A stretch of DNA of 64,000 nucleotides from Dehalococcoidia bacterium (GTDB lineage: Bacteria > Chloroflexota > Dehalococcoidia > UBA2979). Both the position numbers and the translations under genes were made by a program. Under the pieces are notes generated by a model, which saw nothing but the letters and a program-made list of their open reading frames with translations, did no database searches and was not told where the DNA came from. Below are positions 28,682 to 37,819 of the stretch, in pieces (the stretch's first letter is position 1; every line of letters begins with the position of its first letter). The stretch spans positions 992,001 through 1,056,000 of the forward strand of contig OZ244720.1 of assembly GCA_965219085.1 (NCBI GenBank). The letters run 5' to 3'.

Positions 28682-30571
28682 CTAGCTGCGGCCCTCCACG
28701 TCCGGGTCCAGCCAGGCCGATTGCACCTGGTCGCCCCACGTGTAGTACGAGTTGTTGTCGCCCGGGGCCGTGCCGGTGAAGCGGACCCCGCGCATCCACG
28801 GCTGGTAGACCTCCAGCCAGAAGCCGGACGGGATAGTCGGCCGGTACGCCTGGTCGGCGTCCTGGTCCCAGATCTTCTGCCAGAGTTCCTTGCGGGCATC
28901 CGGGTCGAGCTCGATCTGCTGGGCCTCCGCCCACTCGTCGATCTGCGGGTCGTTGATACGCCAGCGGTTGCCCGGCGACTGCGAGTGGACCTGGCCGTGG
29001 AACCAGTTGTCGGCGTCGTAGCCGCTGGTGCTCCACGCCGAGGTCGAGACGTCCGGGAGCTTGGACGGGACCCACTGCGAGTTGAACTCGGTGTAGTCCA
29101 CCTTGCCGCCGCTCAGGGTGATACCGGCACGCGCGAGCTGCGCCTGGAGCACCTCCGTGTGCTGCTCGAAGCCCTTGGTGTAGGCGTAGTAGCTGTTGAC
29201 GATCTCGAGGCCCTCGGCCCCCGCCGCCTGTAGCAACTTCATCGCCTCGTCCGGGTCATAGCGGAGCCAGTTGCCGGCGAGTCCCGACTCGATCGTCGCC
29301 TCCTCGTCGAAGAGGAACGGCCACGGGATGGTGTTGAGCGCCTTGCCGAGGCCGTCGTAGACGATGTCGAGGATTTCCTGGCGGTCCATCGCCAGGGAGA
29401 GCGCACGACGCACGCGCACGTCCTGGTACTTCGGCAGGGTGAGGTTCATCCCCAGGCTGAGCCCGTTGTACGTAACCGGGATGAAATTGACCTGCACGTC
29501 GGGGTTCGTCTGCAACACCTCATTGAGGTCACGCACGCTCGACACCAGCGAGTACGCGTAGTCGATGTTCCCGACGCGGAACTGCGCCAGCCGGGCCACG
29601 TGGTCCGGCATGATGCGGAACTCGAACCCGTCCAGGAGTACTTCCTTCTCCCAGTAGTCCGGGTTCTTGCCGAAGAGCACGTTCTGGCCCAGCTCGAGCG
29701 ACTCGAGGATCATCGGGCCCGTACCGACCGCGTTGATCTCGATGCTGTTGTCGTCGACGAGTTCCTTCGGGAAGATCGTCTGCTTGTTGCTCCCCAGCGG
29801 GTTGAGGAAGTCCGCCGTCGCCTTTGCCATGTTGATCTTGAGCGTGGCGTCATCGACGGCTTCGAAGCCGGCGACGTTCGCGTAGTAGGACTTGTGCACG
29901 CCCTCGTTTGCGTAGCGGTGCAGGGCGAAGCGCGCGTCTTCAGCCGTGAACGCGCGGCCATTCAGCGGCGCGATGTTGTGCCACGCCACGCCCGGCTGGA
30001 TCGCGAACGTGAAGGTCAGACCGTCGGGGGAGCGCTCCCACGAAGCGGCGAGTTCCGGCTCGATCTCCGGCTGGAACACGTCCGCGCCGGGGCCGCGCTT
30101 GAAGCCGATCAGGCGGTTGTAGGTCATGTTCGGGATCGTGACCGTCCCGCCTGCCGCCGAGTCGATGGGGTCGATCGACTGGAAGTTCCAGGTCGCCGCG
30201 ACCTTCATGATGCCGCCGGGGACCGGGGCCTTGTTCGGCTCCGGGAAGTTGTACGGGTACGGCAGGTCCGGGTCCTGCACGAGCTTGCCGAGGGGCTCGA
30301 AGCCCCCGTCCGCCCCGCCGTCGCCATCGGATGTCGAGGAATCGGTGGACGTGCCACTCGTGCCCGACGTTGTTCCACTCGTGCTGGCGGTCGTGGTCGT
30401 GCCCGACGTGGTTGTCTGGGTCGTGGCGTCGTCGTCGTCATCGCCGCCGCAGCCGATCAGGGCCGCCGCCGCGAGTCCGGCGCCGCCGATCAGCCCTCCC
30501 CGCAAGAGGGTTCGCCTGCCTACCAACTGGGTCCGCCACGCATGCATGCGCTGTTCCTGGTCCAGGGCCAT
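28682..30571 (-). CDS. ABC family-5 substrate-binding Tat lipoprotein, copy 2
   Basis: ATG at 30571 after GGAGAGGAG; GRRTLLRGG, ALIGC, Thr/Ser linker, same SBP5 motifs, ends DPDVEGRS. Confidence 0.93.
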   Translation of the reverse strand: MALDQEQRMHAWRTQLVGRRTLLRGGLIGGAGLAAAALIGCGGDDDDDATTQTTTSGTTTTASTSGTTSGTSGTSTDSSTSDGDGGADGGFEPLGKLVQDPDLPYPYNFPEPNKAPVPGGIMKVAATWNFQSIDPIDSAAGGTVTIPNMTYNRLIGFKRGPGADVFQPEIEPELAASWERSPDGLTFTFAIQPGVAWHNIAPLNGRAFTAEDARFALHRYANEGVHKSYYANVAGFEAVDDATLKINMAKATADFLNPLGSNKQTIFPKELVDDNSIEINAVGTGPMILESLELGQNVLFGKNPDYWEKEVLLDGFEFRIMPDHVARLAQFRVGNIDYAYSLVSSVRDLNEVLQTNPDVQVNFIPVTYNGLSLGMNLTLPKYQDVRVRRALSLAMDRQEILDIVYDGLGKALNTIPWPFLFDEEATIESGLAGNWLRYDPDEAMKLLQAAGAEGLEIVNSYYAYTKGFEQHTEVLQAQLARAGITLSGGKVDYTEFNSQWVPSKLPDVSTSAWSTSGYDADNWFHGQVHSQSPGNRWRINDPQIDEWAEAQQIELDPDARKELWQKIWDQDADQAYRPTIPSGFWLEVYQPWMRGVRFTGTAPGDNNSYYTWGDQVQSAWLDPDVEGRS

Positions 30572-30757
30572 ACGAGATCTCCTCTCCAGGGTCACTGTTC
30601 GTCCGGCTCTCAGGTACCCGAAGGCTACCCGAACGCTGGTGGCATGACTAGCGCATTGAGCACGTCTACCGTGACGCGGGCTCCGCGGGCCGCCACGCTT
30701 CGCCCCCTCGCAAGGGGGCGGCCGAGCCCGCGCCGAAGCCACGCGCGAGACACGCAA

Positions 30758-30783
30758 GGGGGGCGGCCATTCGGCCGCCCCCC
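30758..30783 (-). terminator. Conserved terminator hairpin, SBP copy 3
   Basis: GGGGGGCGGCC-ATTC-GGCCGCCCCCC, a compensatory variant of the shared stem. Confidence 0.75.
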
Positions 30784-30809
30784 AGGTTCGTCACGCTGTC
30801 GAAGGCTGC

Positions 30810-32708
30810 TTAGCTGCGGCCCTCCACGTCCGGGTCGATCCAGCCTCCGGCGATCTGGCCGCCCCACGTGTAGTACGAGTTGTTGTCGCCCGGCGAGGTG
30901 CCCGTGAAGCGGATACCGCGCATCCACGGCTGGTAGACCTCCAGGCTGAACCCCCACGGGAGCCCGGGCCGGTAGGCCTGATCCAGGTCCTTGTCCCAGA
31001 TCCTCTGCCACAGATCCTTGCGAGCTTCGGGGTCGAGCTCGAGCTGCTGGGCCTCGGCCCAGGCGTCGATCTCCGGGTCGTCCGTCCGCCAGCGGTTGCC
31101 CGGCGACTGCGAGTGGACCTGCCCGTGGAACCAGTTGTCCGGGTCGTAGCCGCTGGTGCTCCACGCGGAAGTCGAGATGTCGGGCAGCTTCTGCGGCACC
31201 CACTGCGAGTTGAACTCGGTGTAGTCGACCTTGCCGCCGGTCATGTTGATGCCGACTCGCTCGAACTGAGCCTGCACCACCTCGGTGGTCTGCTCGAGTC
31301 CCTTGGTGTAGGCGTAGTAGCTGTTGTTGACCTCGAGCCCCTCGGCGCCCGCGGCCCGCAGCAGCTTCATCGCCTCCTCGGGGTCGTAGCTGAGCCAGTT
31401 GCCGAGCAGCCCCGATTCGATCGTGGCTTCCTCCTCGTACATGAACGTCCACGGGATGACATTGAGCGCCTTGCCAATGCCGTCGAAGACGATGTCGAGG
31501 ATCTCCTGGCGATCGATCGCCAGCGAGATGGCGCGGCGCACGCGTACGTCCTGGTACTTCGCCAGGGTGTGGTTCATGCCCACGGTGACCCCGTTGGACG
31601 TGATCGGGATGAGGTTGACCTGGATGTCGGGGTTCGTGTCCAGGACCTCGTTGAGGTCCCGCACCGACGAGACCAGCCCGTACGCGTAGTCGATGTTGCC
31701 CACGCGGAACTGCGCAAGCCTGGCCACGTGGTCCGGCATGACCAGGAACTCGAACCCGTCGAGCAGCACCTCGCTCTGCCAGTAGTCCGGGTTCTTGTCG
31801 AAGGTCACGCTCGCGGACGGGTCGGCCCCGGTCAGGATCATCGGCCCGGTGCCGACCGCCTCCGTCCCGATCGTCCCGTTGTCCACGAGTTCGCGCGGGA
31901 ACACTGTCTGCTTGTTGCTCGCGAGCGGGTTGAGGAAGTCCGCGGTCGCCTTCGCCATGTGGATCTTCAACGTGGCGTCATCGACCGCCTCGAAGGTGCC
32001 GACGTTGAGGTAGTACGCCTTGTGCACGCCGTCGGTCTGGTAGCGCTCAAGCGTGAAAGCCGCGTCCTCGGCCGTAAAGGGGCGGCCGTTGAGCGGAGCG
32101 ACGTTCTGCCACGTGACGCCCGGAGTGATCTGGAAGGTGAACGTCAGCCCGTCCGGCGAGCGCTCCCACGACTCGGCCAGTTCCGGCACGATTTCCGGCT
32201 GGAACACGTCCGCGGCCGGTCCGCGGCGGAACCCGAGCATGCGGTTGTAGACCATGTTCGGGATCGTGACCGTCCCGCCGGCCGCCGAGTCGATCGGGTC
32301 GATCGACTGGAAGTTCCAGGTCGCGGCCACCTTCATGACGCCGCCGGGGACCGGGGTCTTGTTCGGCTCCGGGAAGTTGTACGGGTACGGCAGGCGCTCG
32401 TCGCGGACCAGCTGACCGACGACCGCGGGCTGATCCTCGGCGGTGTCGTCGGCTTCGGCGGCGTCGGCGGCGTCGTCGCTCGAGGTTGCGGTGGTGCCGC
32501 TCGAACTTGCCGTTGTGCCGGTGCCCGACGTGGTCGTCTGGGTCGTGGCGGCGTCGTCATCATCATCGTCGTCATCGTCGCCGCCGCAGCCGATGAGTGC
32601 CGCGGCCGCGAGGCCCGCTCCGCCGAGCAGGCCCCCGCGCAGCAGGGTCCGCCTGCCTACCGAGTGCGTCCACCAGCCGGACACACGCCCTTCCTGGTCT
32701 ATGGCCAT
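30810..32708 (-). CDS. ABC family-5 substrate-binding Tat lipoprotein, copy 3
   Basis: Paralogue of neighbours: Tat + lipobox, poly-Asp, SBP5 motifs. Confidence 0.93.
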   Translation of the reverse strand: MAIDQEGRVSGWWTHSVGRRTLLRGGLLGGAGLAAAALIGCGGDDDDDDDDDAATTQTTTSGTGTTASSSGTTATSSDDAADAAEADDTAEDQPAVVGQLVRDERLPYPYNFPEPNKTPVPGGVMKVAATWNFQSIDPIDSAAGGTVTIPNMVYNRMLGFRRGPAADVFQPEIVPELAESWERSPDGLTFTFQITPGVTWQNVAPLNGRPFTAEDAAFTLERYQTDGVHKAYYLNVGTFEAVDDATLKIHMAKATADFLNPLASNKQTVFPRELVDNGTIGTEAVGTGPMILTGADPSASVTFDKNPDYWQSEVLLDGFEFLVMPDHVARLAQFRVGNIDYAYGLVSSVRDLNEVLDTNPDIQVNLIPITSNGVTVGMNHTLAKYQDVRVRRAISLAIDRQEILDIVFDGIGKALNVIPWTFMYEEEATIESGLLGNWLSYDPEEAMKLLRAAGAEGLEVNNSYYAYTKGLEQTTEVVQAQFERVGINMTGGKVDYTEFNSQWVPQKLPDISTSAWSTSGYDPDNWFHGQVHSQSPGNRWRTDDPEIDAWAEAQQLELDPEARKDLWQRIWDKDLDQAYRPGLPWGFSLEVYQPWMRGIRFTGTSPGDNNSYYTWGGQIAGGWIDPDVEGRS

Positions 32709-32906
32709 GGCGGAACCTCCGTTGTTGATGCTTTCGCGCTTGCCTGGGATTCGGGCAGCCTACCGGAACCCGCGAGGCATTGTCACACAACGCGCGTTGT
32801 AGCTGGCGCCGCGAGGCAGCCGGGAGCGCTCGCAGCCGGGATCCCGGACACGCAAGAGGGGCGGCCGAATGGCCGCCCCCCAGGTTCGTCACGCCGTCGA
32901 AGGCTG
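32709..32906 (-). repeat. Second copy of the SBP intergenic unit (promoter GTGACA-18-TAGGCT; terminator of copy 4 at about 32856-32880)
   Basis: Aligns with 28483-28681; palindrome at 32787-32800. Confidence 0.9.
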
Positions 32907-34784
32907 CTAGCTGCGGCCCTCGATGTCCGGGTCTATCCAGGCCGTCTGCACCTGGTCGCCCCACGTGTAGTAGGAGTTGTTGTCGCCGGGCGCGGAGCCG
33001 GTGAAGCGGATCCCGCGCATCCACGGCTGGTAGACCTCCAGGGTGAAGCCCCACGGCAGCGTCGGGCGGTATGCCTGGTCCAGGTCCCTGTCCCAGATCT
33101 TCCGCCACAACTCGGAGCGGGCCGCCGGGTCGAGCTCGATCTGCTGGGCCTCGGCCCAGCCGTCGATCTCGGCGTCGCTCATCCGCCAGCGGTTGCCCGG
33201 GGACTTCGAGTGGACCTGGCCGTGGAACCAGTTGTCGGCGTCGTAGCCGCTGGTGCTCCAGGCCGAGGTGGAGAAGTCCGGCAACTTCGAGGGGACCCAC
33301 TGCGAGTTGAACTCGGTGTAGTCCACCTTGCCGCCGCCCAGGGTGATGCCGACACGCGCGAGCTGAGCCTGCGTGATCTCCGTCATTTGCTCGAGGCCGC
33401 TCGTGTAGGCGTAGTAGCTGTTTTCCATCTCGAAGTTCTCGGCGCCGGCGGCCTTGAGCAGCTTCACCGCCTCATCGGGGTTGTACTGCAGGTACGGGCC
33501 CACTTCGGGGGAGCCGACGCTCACTTCCGCATCGAACAGGAACGGCCACGGGACGATGTTCTGCGCCTTGCCCAGCCCGTCGAAGACGATGTCGACCATC
33601 TCCTGGCGGTCGATCGCCATCGCGAGGGCGCGGCGAACGCGCACGTCCTGGTACTTCGCCAGCGTGTGGTTCATGCCCATGCTGATCGAGTTGTAGACAA
33701 CCGGGAGGAAGTTGACCTGGACGTCGGGATTCGTCTCCAGCACCTCGTTGAGGTCACGCACCGTCGAGACCAGCCCGTAGGCATAGTCGAGGTTGCCGAC
33801 GCGGAACTGCGCGATGCGGGCGACGTGGTCCGGCATGATCAGGAACTCGAACCCGTCCAGGAGGACCTCGTTCTCCCAGTAGTCCGGGTTCTTCTCGAAC
33901 TGGACGTTCTGGCCCAGTTCGAGGTCGGTCAGGATCATCGGGCCGGTCCCCACTCCGGAGGTCGTGATGCTCCCATCGTCGACGATCTCGCGCGGGAAGA
34001 TGGTCTGCTTGTTGCTGGCGAGCGGGTTCAGGAAGTCCGCCGTCGCCTGCGCCATGTTGATCTTGAGCGTCAGGTCGTCGGGCGCCTCGAAGCCTGCCAC
34101 GTTGGCGTAGTAGGACTTGTGGACACCTTCGGTCGCGTAGCGGTTGAGGGCGTACCGCGCGTCCTCGGCCGTGAACTTGCGGCCGTTCAGCGGCGCGACG
34201 TTCTGCCACGTGACGTTCGGCCGGATCTGGAACGTGAAGGTCAGGCCGTCCGGGGAGCGCTCCCAGGAGGCCGCGAGCTCGGGCTCGATCTCCGGCTGGA
34301 ACACGTCCGCGGCCGGACCGCGCACGAAGCCGATCAGGCGGTTGTAGACCATGTTCGGCACGGTCACCGTGCCGCCGGCGGCCGAGTCGATCGGGTCGAG
34401 CGACTGGAAGTTCCAGGTCGCCGCCACCTTCATGACGCCGCCGGGAACCGGGGTCTTGTTCGGCTCCGGGAAGTTGTACGGGTACGGCAGCGCCGGATCC
34501 TGAACGAGCTTGCCGAGCGTCTCCTCCTCGGCGGTGTCGGCCGCGGTGTCGTCCTCGTCGTCGTCCGGCGCAGGGGTCGAGGTAGCCGCTACCGCTGCGG
34601 GCGCCGCGGGCGTCGCCGCGGTGGAGGCCGCTTCGTCATCGTCGTCGTCGTCATCGCCGCCGCAGCCGATGAGTGCCGCGGCCGCGAGGCCGACGCCTCC
34701 GAGCAGGCCGCCGCGCAGCAGGGTCCGCCTGCCTACCGAGTGCGTCCACCAGCCGGACACACGCTCTTCCTGTTCTATGGCCAT
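32907..34784 (-). CDS. ABC family-5 substrate-binding Tat lipoprotein, copy 4
   Basis: Paralogue: Tat + lipobox, SBP5 motifs, AAGGAGG SD. Confidence 0.93.
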   Translation of the reverse strand: MAIEQEERVSGWWTHSVGRRTLLRGGLLGGVGLAAAALIGCGGDDDDDDDEAASTAATPAAPAAVAATSTPAPDDDEDDTAADTAEEETLGKLVQDPALPYPYNFPEPNKTPVPGGVMKVAATWNFQSLDPIDSAAGGTVTVPNMVYNRLIGFVRGPAADVFQPEIEPELAASWERSPDGLTFTFQIRPNVTWQNVAPLNGRKFTAEDARYALNRYATEGVHKSYYANVAGFEAPDDLTLKINMAQATADFLNPLASNKQTIFPREIVDDGSITTSGVGTGPMILTDLELGQNVQFEKNPDYWENEVLLDGFEFLIMPDHVARIAQFRVGNLDYAYGLVSTVRDLNEVLETNPDVQVNFLPVVYNSISMGMNHTLAKYQDVRVRRALAMAIDRQEMVDIVFDGLGKAQNIVPWPFLFDAEVSVGSPEVGPYLQYNPDEAVKLLKAAGAENFEMENSYYAYTSGLEQMTEITQAQLARVGITLGGGKVDYTEFNSQWVPSKLPDFSTSAWSTSGYDADNWFHGQVHSKSPGNRWRMSDAEIDGWAEAQQIELDPAARSELWRKIWDRDLDQAYRPTLPWGFTLEVYQPWMRGIRFTGSAPGDNNSYYTWGDQVQTAWIDPDIEGRS

Positions 34785-35012
34785 GGCGGAACCTCCTTGT
34801 TGATTGTTTCTCGCCAGCCTCGGAAGGACGGAGGATACGGGAACCTTCGCTCCCGTTCCAGCGCGAAAGCCTCATTTCCGCGCATAGACCCGACGCTCCT
34901 CAGCAGCACCCCTCGTCACGGCGCCCGCGCGGTGTCTCGAACGCACCCCGATGCTAGGATCGGACCGGCCCGGTGCGGCCCTTCCGCACCCCCCGGCACA
35001 CGAGGGGCCGCC

Positions 35013-35036
35013 ATGCGCGCCGTGCTCGTCCCATGA
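35013..35036 (+). other. 7-codon upstream ORF (MRAVLVP) whose TGA overlaps the halogenase ATG
   Basis: GAGGGG at 35002-35007, ATG 35013, ...GTC CCA TGA overlapping ATG 35033. Confidence 0.45.
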
Positions 35037-36679
35037 CCACCTCGCCGCTCGCGCCCGTCGACGCCGTCGTGATCGGCGGCGGTCCCGGCGGCAGCAGCGC
35101 CGCCACCATGCTCGCCCGCAAGGGCCTGCGCGTCGTCCTGCTGGAGCGCGACCACTTCCCCCGCGAACACGTCGGCGAGTCACTGCTGCCGGCCAGCGTG
35201 CCGATGCTCGAGTCGATGGGCGTGCTGCCCGCCGTCGAGGCGGCCGGGTTCGTGCGCAAGCGCGGAGCGACGATGGTGTGGGGCTCCGACCTCGAGCCGT
35301 GGAGCTGGTACTTCAACGAGGTCAGCGACGCCTACCCGACCTCCTTCCAGGTGGTCCGCTCGGAGTTCGACCGCATCCTCCTCGACCACGCGCGCGCCTC
35401 CGGCGTCGACGTGCGCGAGGGCCACCAGGCGATCGAGGTGCCGTTCGTCGACGGCCGCGCCACCGGTGTGTCGTTCCGCACCGACGAGGGCGCCGAGGGC
35501 TTCGTGCATGCGTCGTGGGTCGTCGACGCGAGCGGGCAGTCGGCTCTGCTCGGGCACGCGCTCGAGCTGCGCCAGTGGGACGAGTTCTTCCGCAATCTCG
35601 CCATCTACGGCTACTTCGAGGGCGCCGCGCGGCTGCCGGAGCCCGACGACACCAACATCTTCATCGAGTCCTACGAGCACGGCTGGTGCTGGGCGATCCC
35701 GCTGCACACCGGTGTCTCCAGCGTCGGCGCGGTGCTCGACAGCGAGGAGGGGCAGCGCGCGATCCGCGAGGACGGCGTGGAGGCGACCTTCCAGGCGCAA
35801 CTCGACGCCGCACCGCGCACCTCGGAGCTGCTCAACGGAGCCAGGCTCGTCAGCGGGCCGCACGTCGTCCGCGACTGGTCGTACCTGTCGAGCCGGATGG
35901 TCGGTCCTGGCTACATCCTCGTCGGCGACGCGGCGTGCTTCATCGACCCGCTGTTCTCGTCCGGCGTGCACCTCGCGCTGACGAGCGGGCTCGTCGCCGC
36001 GGCGTACGTGAGCTCCGTGCTGCGCGACCCGACGCTCGAGGGGCCGGCCGCCGAGGCGTACCGCGACCTCTACCTGGGCCAGTACCACAGCTTCCACCGG
36101 CTGGCGCAGCTCTTCTACGCGAGCAACCGCAGCGCGGAGTCCTACTTCTGGGAGGCGCGCCGCATCTCCGAGGAGGACGCGTTCACGCCTCGCCACGCCT
36201 TCGTGCGCATGGTCGCCGGGCAGCCGCCGATCAGCTACGAGCGCGCCGTGCTCGACCGCGGTGACGCGCCCTCGACGTTCGTGAGCAGCGTCCGCGCCGT
36301 CGAGGCCGAGCGCGCACGCCGGCGCGCGCAGCTGCAGGCGTCGTCGCCGCTGGGGATCGCCGCCTCCGTCCCCATCCTCGACGCGGAGGAGCGGATCGAG
36401 CGTAAGCCGACCCTGGAGCGCGACTCGTTCGAGTGGGGGTTCGTGCTGACCTCGGAGGGGCGGCCCGAGGGGGCGCCGGTGAGCCTGCCGGTCGCGCGCC
36501 TGCTGCGCGGCGCCGACGGGCGCTCGACCATCGGCCAGATCGTCGACCAGATGGCGACCGAGGCGCGGCTCGATCGCAGCTCGCGTCAGCAACTGCTGGA
36601 GCAGATGGCCGTGGCCGTTGGCATCCTCTACATCGACGGCGCCGTCGACGAGCTGCGCGGCCTCGCCGAGAACGGCTAG
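35033..36679 (+). CDS. Flavin-dependent halogenase
   Basis: GGGPGGS, FPREHVGESL, GFVRKRG..WG (catalytic Lys position), WCWAIP (WxWxIP), GDAACFIDPLFSSGV. Confidence 0.88.
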   Translation: MTTSPLAPVDAVVIGGGPGGSSAATMLARKGLRVVLLERDHFPREHVGESLLPASVPMLESMGVLPAVEAAGFVRKRGATMVWGSDLEPWSWYFNEVSDAYPTSFQVVRSEFDRILLDHARASGVDVREGHQAIEVPFVDGRATGVSFRTDEGAEGFVHASWVVDASGQSALLGHALELRQWDEFFRNLAIYGYFEGAARLPEPDDTNIFIESYEHGWCWAIPLHTGVSSVGAVLDSEEGQRAIREDGVEATFQAQLDAAPRTSELLNGARLVSGPHVVRDWSYLSSRMVGPGYILVGDAACFIDPLFSSGVHLALTSGLVAAAYVSSVLRDPTLEGPAAEAYRDLYLGQYHSFHRLAQLFYASNRSAESYFWEARRISEEDAFTPRHAFVRMVAGQPPISYERAVLDRGDAPSTFVSSVRAVEAERARRRAQLQASSPLGIAASVPILDAEERIERKPTLERDSFEWGFVLTSEGRPEGAPVSLPVARLLRGADGRSTIGQIVDQMATEARLDRSSRQQLLEQMAVAVGILYIDGAVDELRGLAENG

Positions 36680-36695
36680 GGCCGCACCGCCCTCG

Positions 36696-37778
36696 TTACT
36701 CGCCGGCCGAGCCGCCTCCGCTGCTCGCGCCGCCGCCGGAGCCGCGACCACGCCGGCGGCGACCGCCGCGCCGGCCGCGCCGCCGCCGCTTCGGGCGTTC
36801 CTCGCCGCCCTCCTGCCCGGGCTGCTCCGACGCCTCGCCGGGCGGCCGCTGCCGCTCACCGCTGGGCGTGGCGACCGGTTCGAGGGTCGCGACGAGGTTG
36901 TCGCGCCGGTCGCGGTCCTGGCGTCGCACACCCTCCTCGACCGTGGCGTCGAACTCCTCGGGCCGGACGGCGGTGCCGTACTGCGCCGCGAACTCCTCGG
37001 CGGACATTTCGATGACCTCGTTGGTCTCGTCCATGCGCATGCGCACGGTCTGCTTGAGTGTGCCGACTGAGATCACGCGCGCGCGGCCGACGGGCGTGGT
37101 GAGCCGCTTGCCGACCTTCGGGAGCGTGCCGCGCAGCTCGCGGTACTCCTCCACCTCGAACGAGAGGCAGCAGAGCAGGCGGCCACAGACGCCCGATATC
37201 TTCGTGGGGTTCGGCGGCAAGTCCTGCTCGCGCGCGAGCCGCATCGAGACGTTCGGGAACGTCGTCTGCCAGCTCTTGCAACACAGCGCGAGCCCGCACA
37301 CACCGACGTCACCGAGCGAGCGAGCGCGCTCGCGGTCACCGACCTGCTCGACGGTGACCTGGGCGTCGAACAGCTCGGCGCACTCGTCGCGCAGCCAACG
37401 GTGCTCGACGCGCTCGGACGCCGAGAACGTCACGTGCGCCCGGGTGCCCGCGAGGTTGTAGACGACATTCGCGACCCGCACTCGCGGGTCCTCACGGGCC
37501 GCGATCGCCTGCGCGCGGCTGATGTCCTCCCGCGCGCGCTCGCGTGCTTCGCGCCAGCCCGTCACGTCGTCTTCGGTGGCGAGCCGTTCGATCACGCGCC
37601 GTGGGCCCTCGGGCTCCTCGGCGAGCAATTGGTCGGGCGCGAGCACGACCCATCCGAGCTGATCCCCTCGATCGGTGCGCACGACGACGTAGTCGCCGAC
37701 GCCGAGATCGAGGTCGCCCGGACTGCACCAGGTGAGTGGGGCGGCTTCGTGGAAGCGAACCCCGACCGTGCCATCCAT
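36696..37778 (-). CDS. ricT: PSP1/YaaT (RicT) family protein
   Basis: ERVEHRWL, QVGDRERARSLGDVGVCGLALCC, ISGVCGRLLCCLSFE; follows holB. Confidence 0.88.
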   Translation of the reverse strand: MDGTVGVRFHEAAPLTWCSPGDLDLGVGDYVVVRTDRGDQLGWVVLAPDQLLAEEPEGPRRVIERLATEDDVTGWREARERAREDISRAQAIAAREDPRVRVANVVYNLAGTRAHVTFSASERVEHRWLRDECAELFDAQVTVEQVGDRERARSLGDVGVCGLALCCKSWQTTFPNVSMRLAREQDLPPNPTKISGVCGRLLCCLSFEVEEYRELRGTLPKVGKRLTTPVGRARVISVGTLKQTVRMRMDETNEVIEMSAEEFAAQYGTAVRPEEFDATVEEGVRRQDRDRRDNLVATLEPVATPSGERQRPPGEASEQPGQEGGEERPKRRRRGRRGGRRRRGRGSGGGASSGGGSAGE

Positions 37779-37819
37779 GGGTGTTCCCGCGAGCGCTGCC
37801 CGCGACCCCGAGCGCGTGC

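Noticed and set aside
26556-34800. Integron cassette array (repeat after each gene read as attC)
   Set aside because: Repeats lack RYYYAAC/GTTRRRY ends, look like terminators, flank paralogues rather than unrelated genes, and no integrase is present
26263-35000. Integrative island at tRNA-Pro
   Set aside because: No integrase and no duplicated tRNA 3' end (att site) noticed; SBP genes have host-like codon usage
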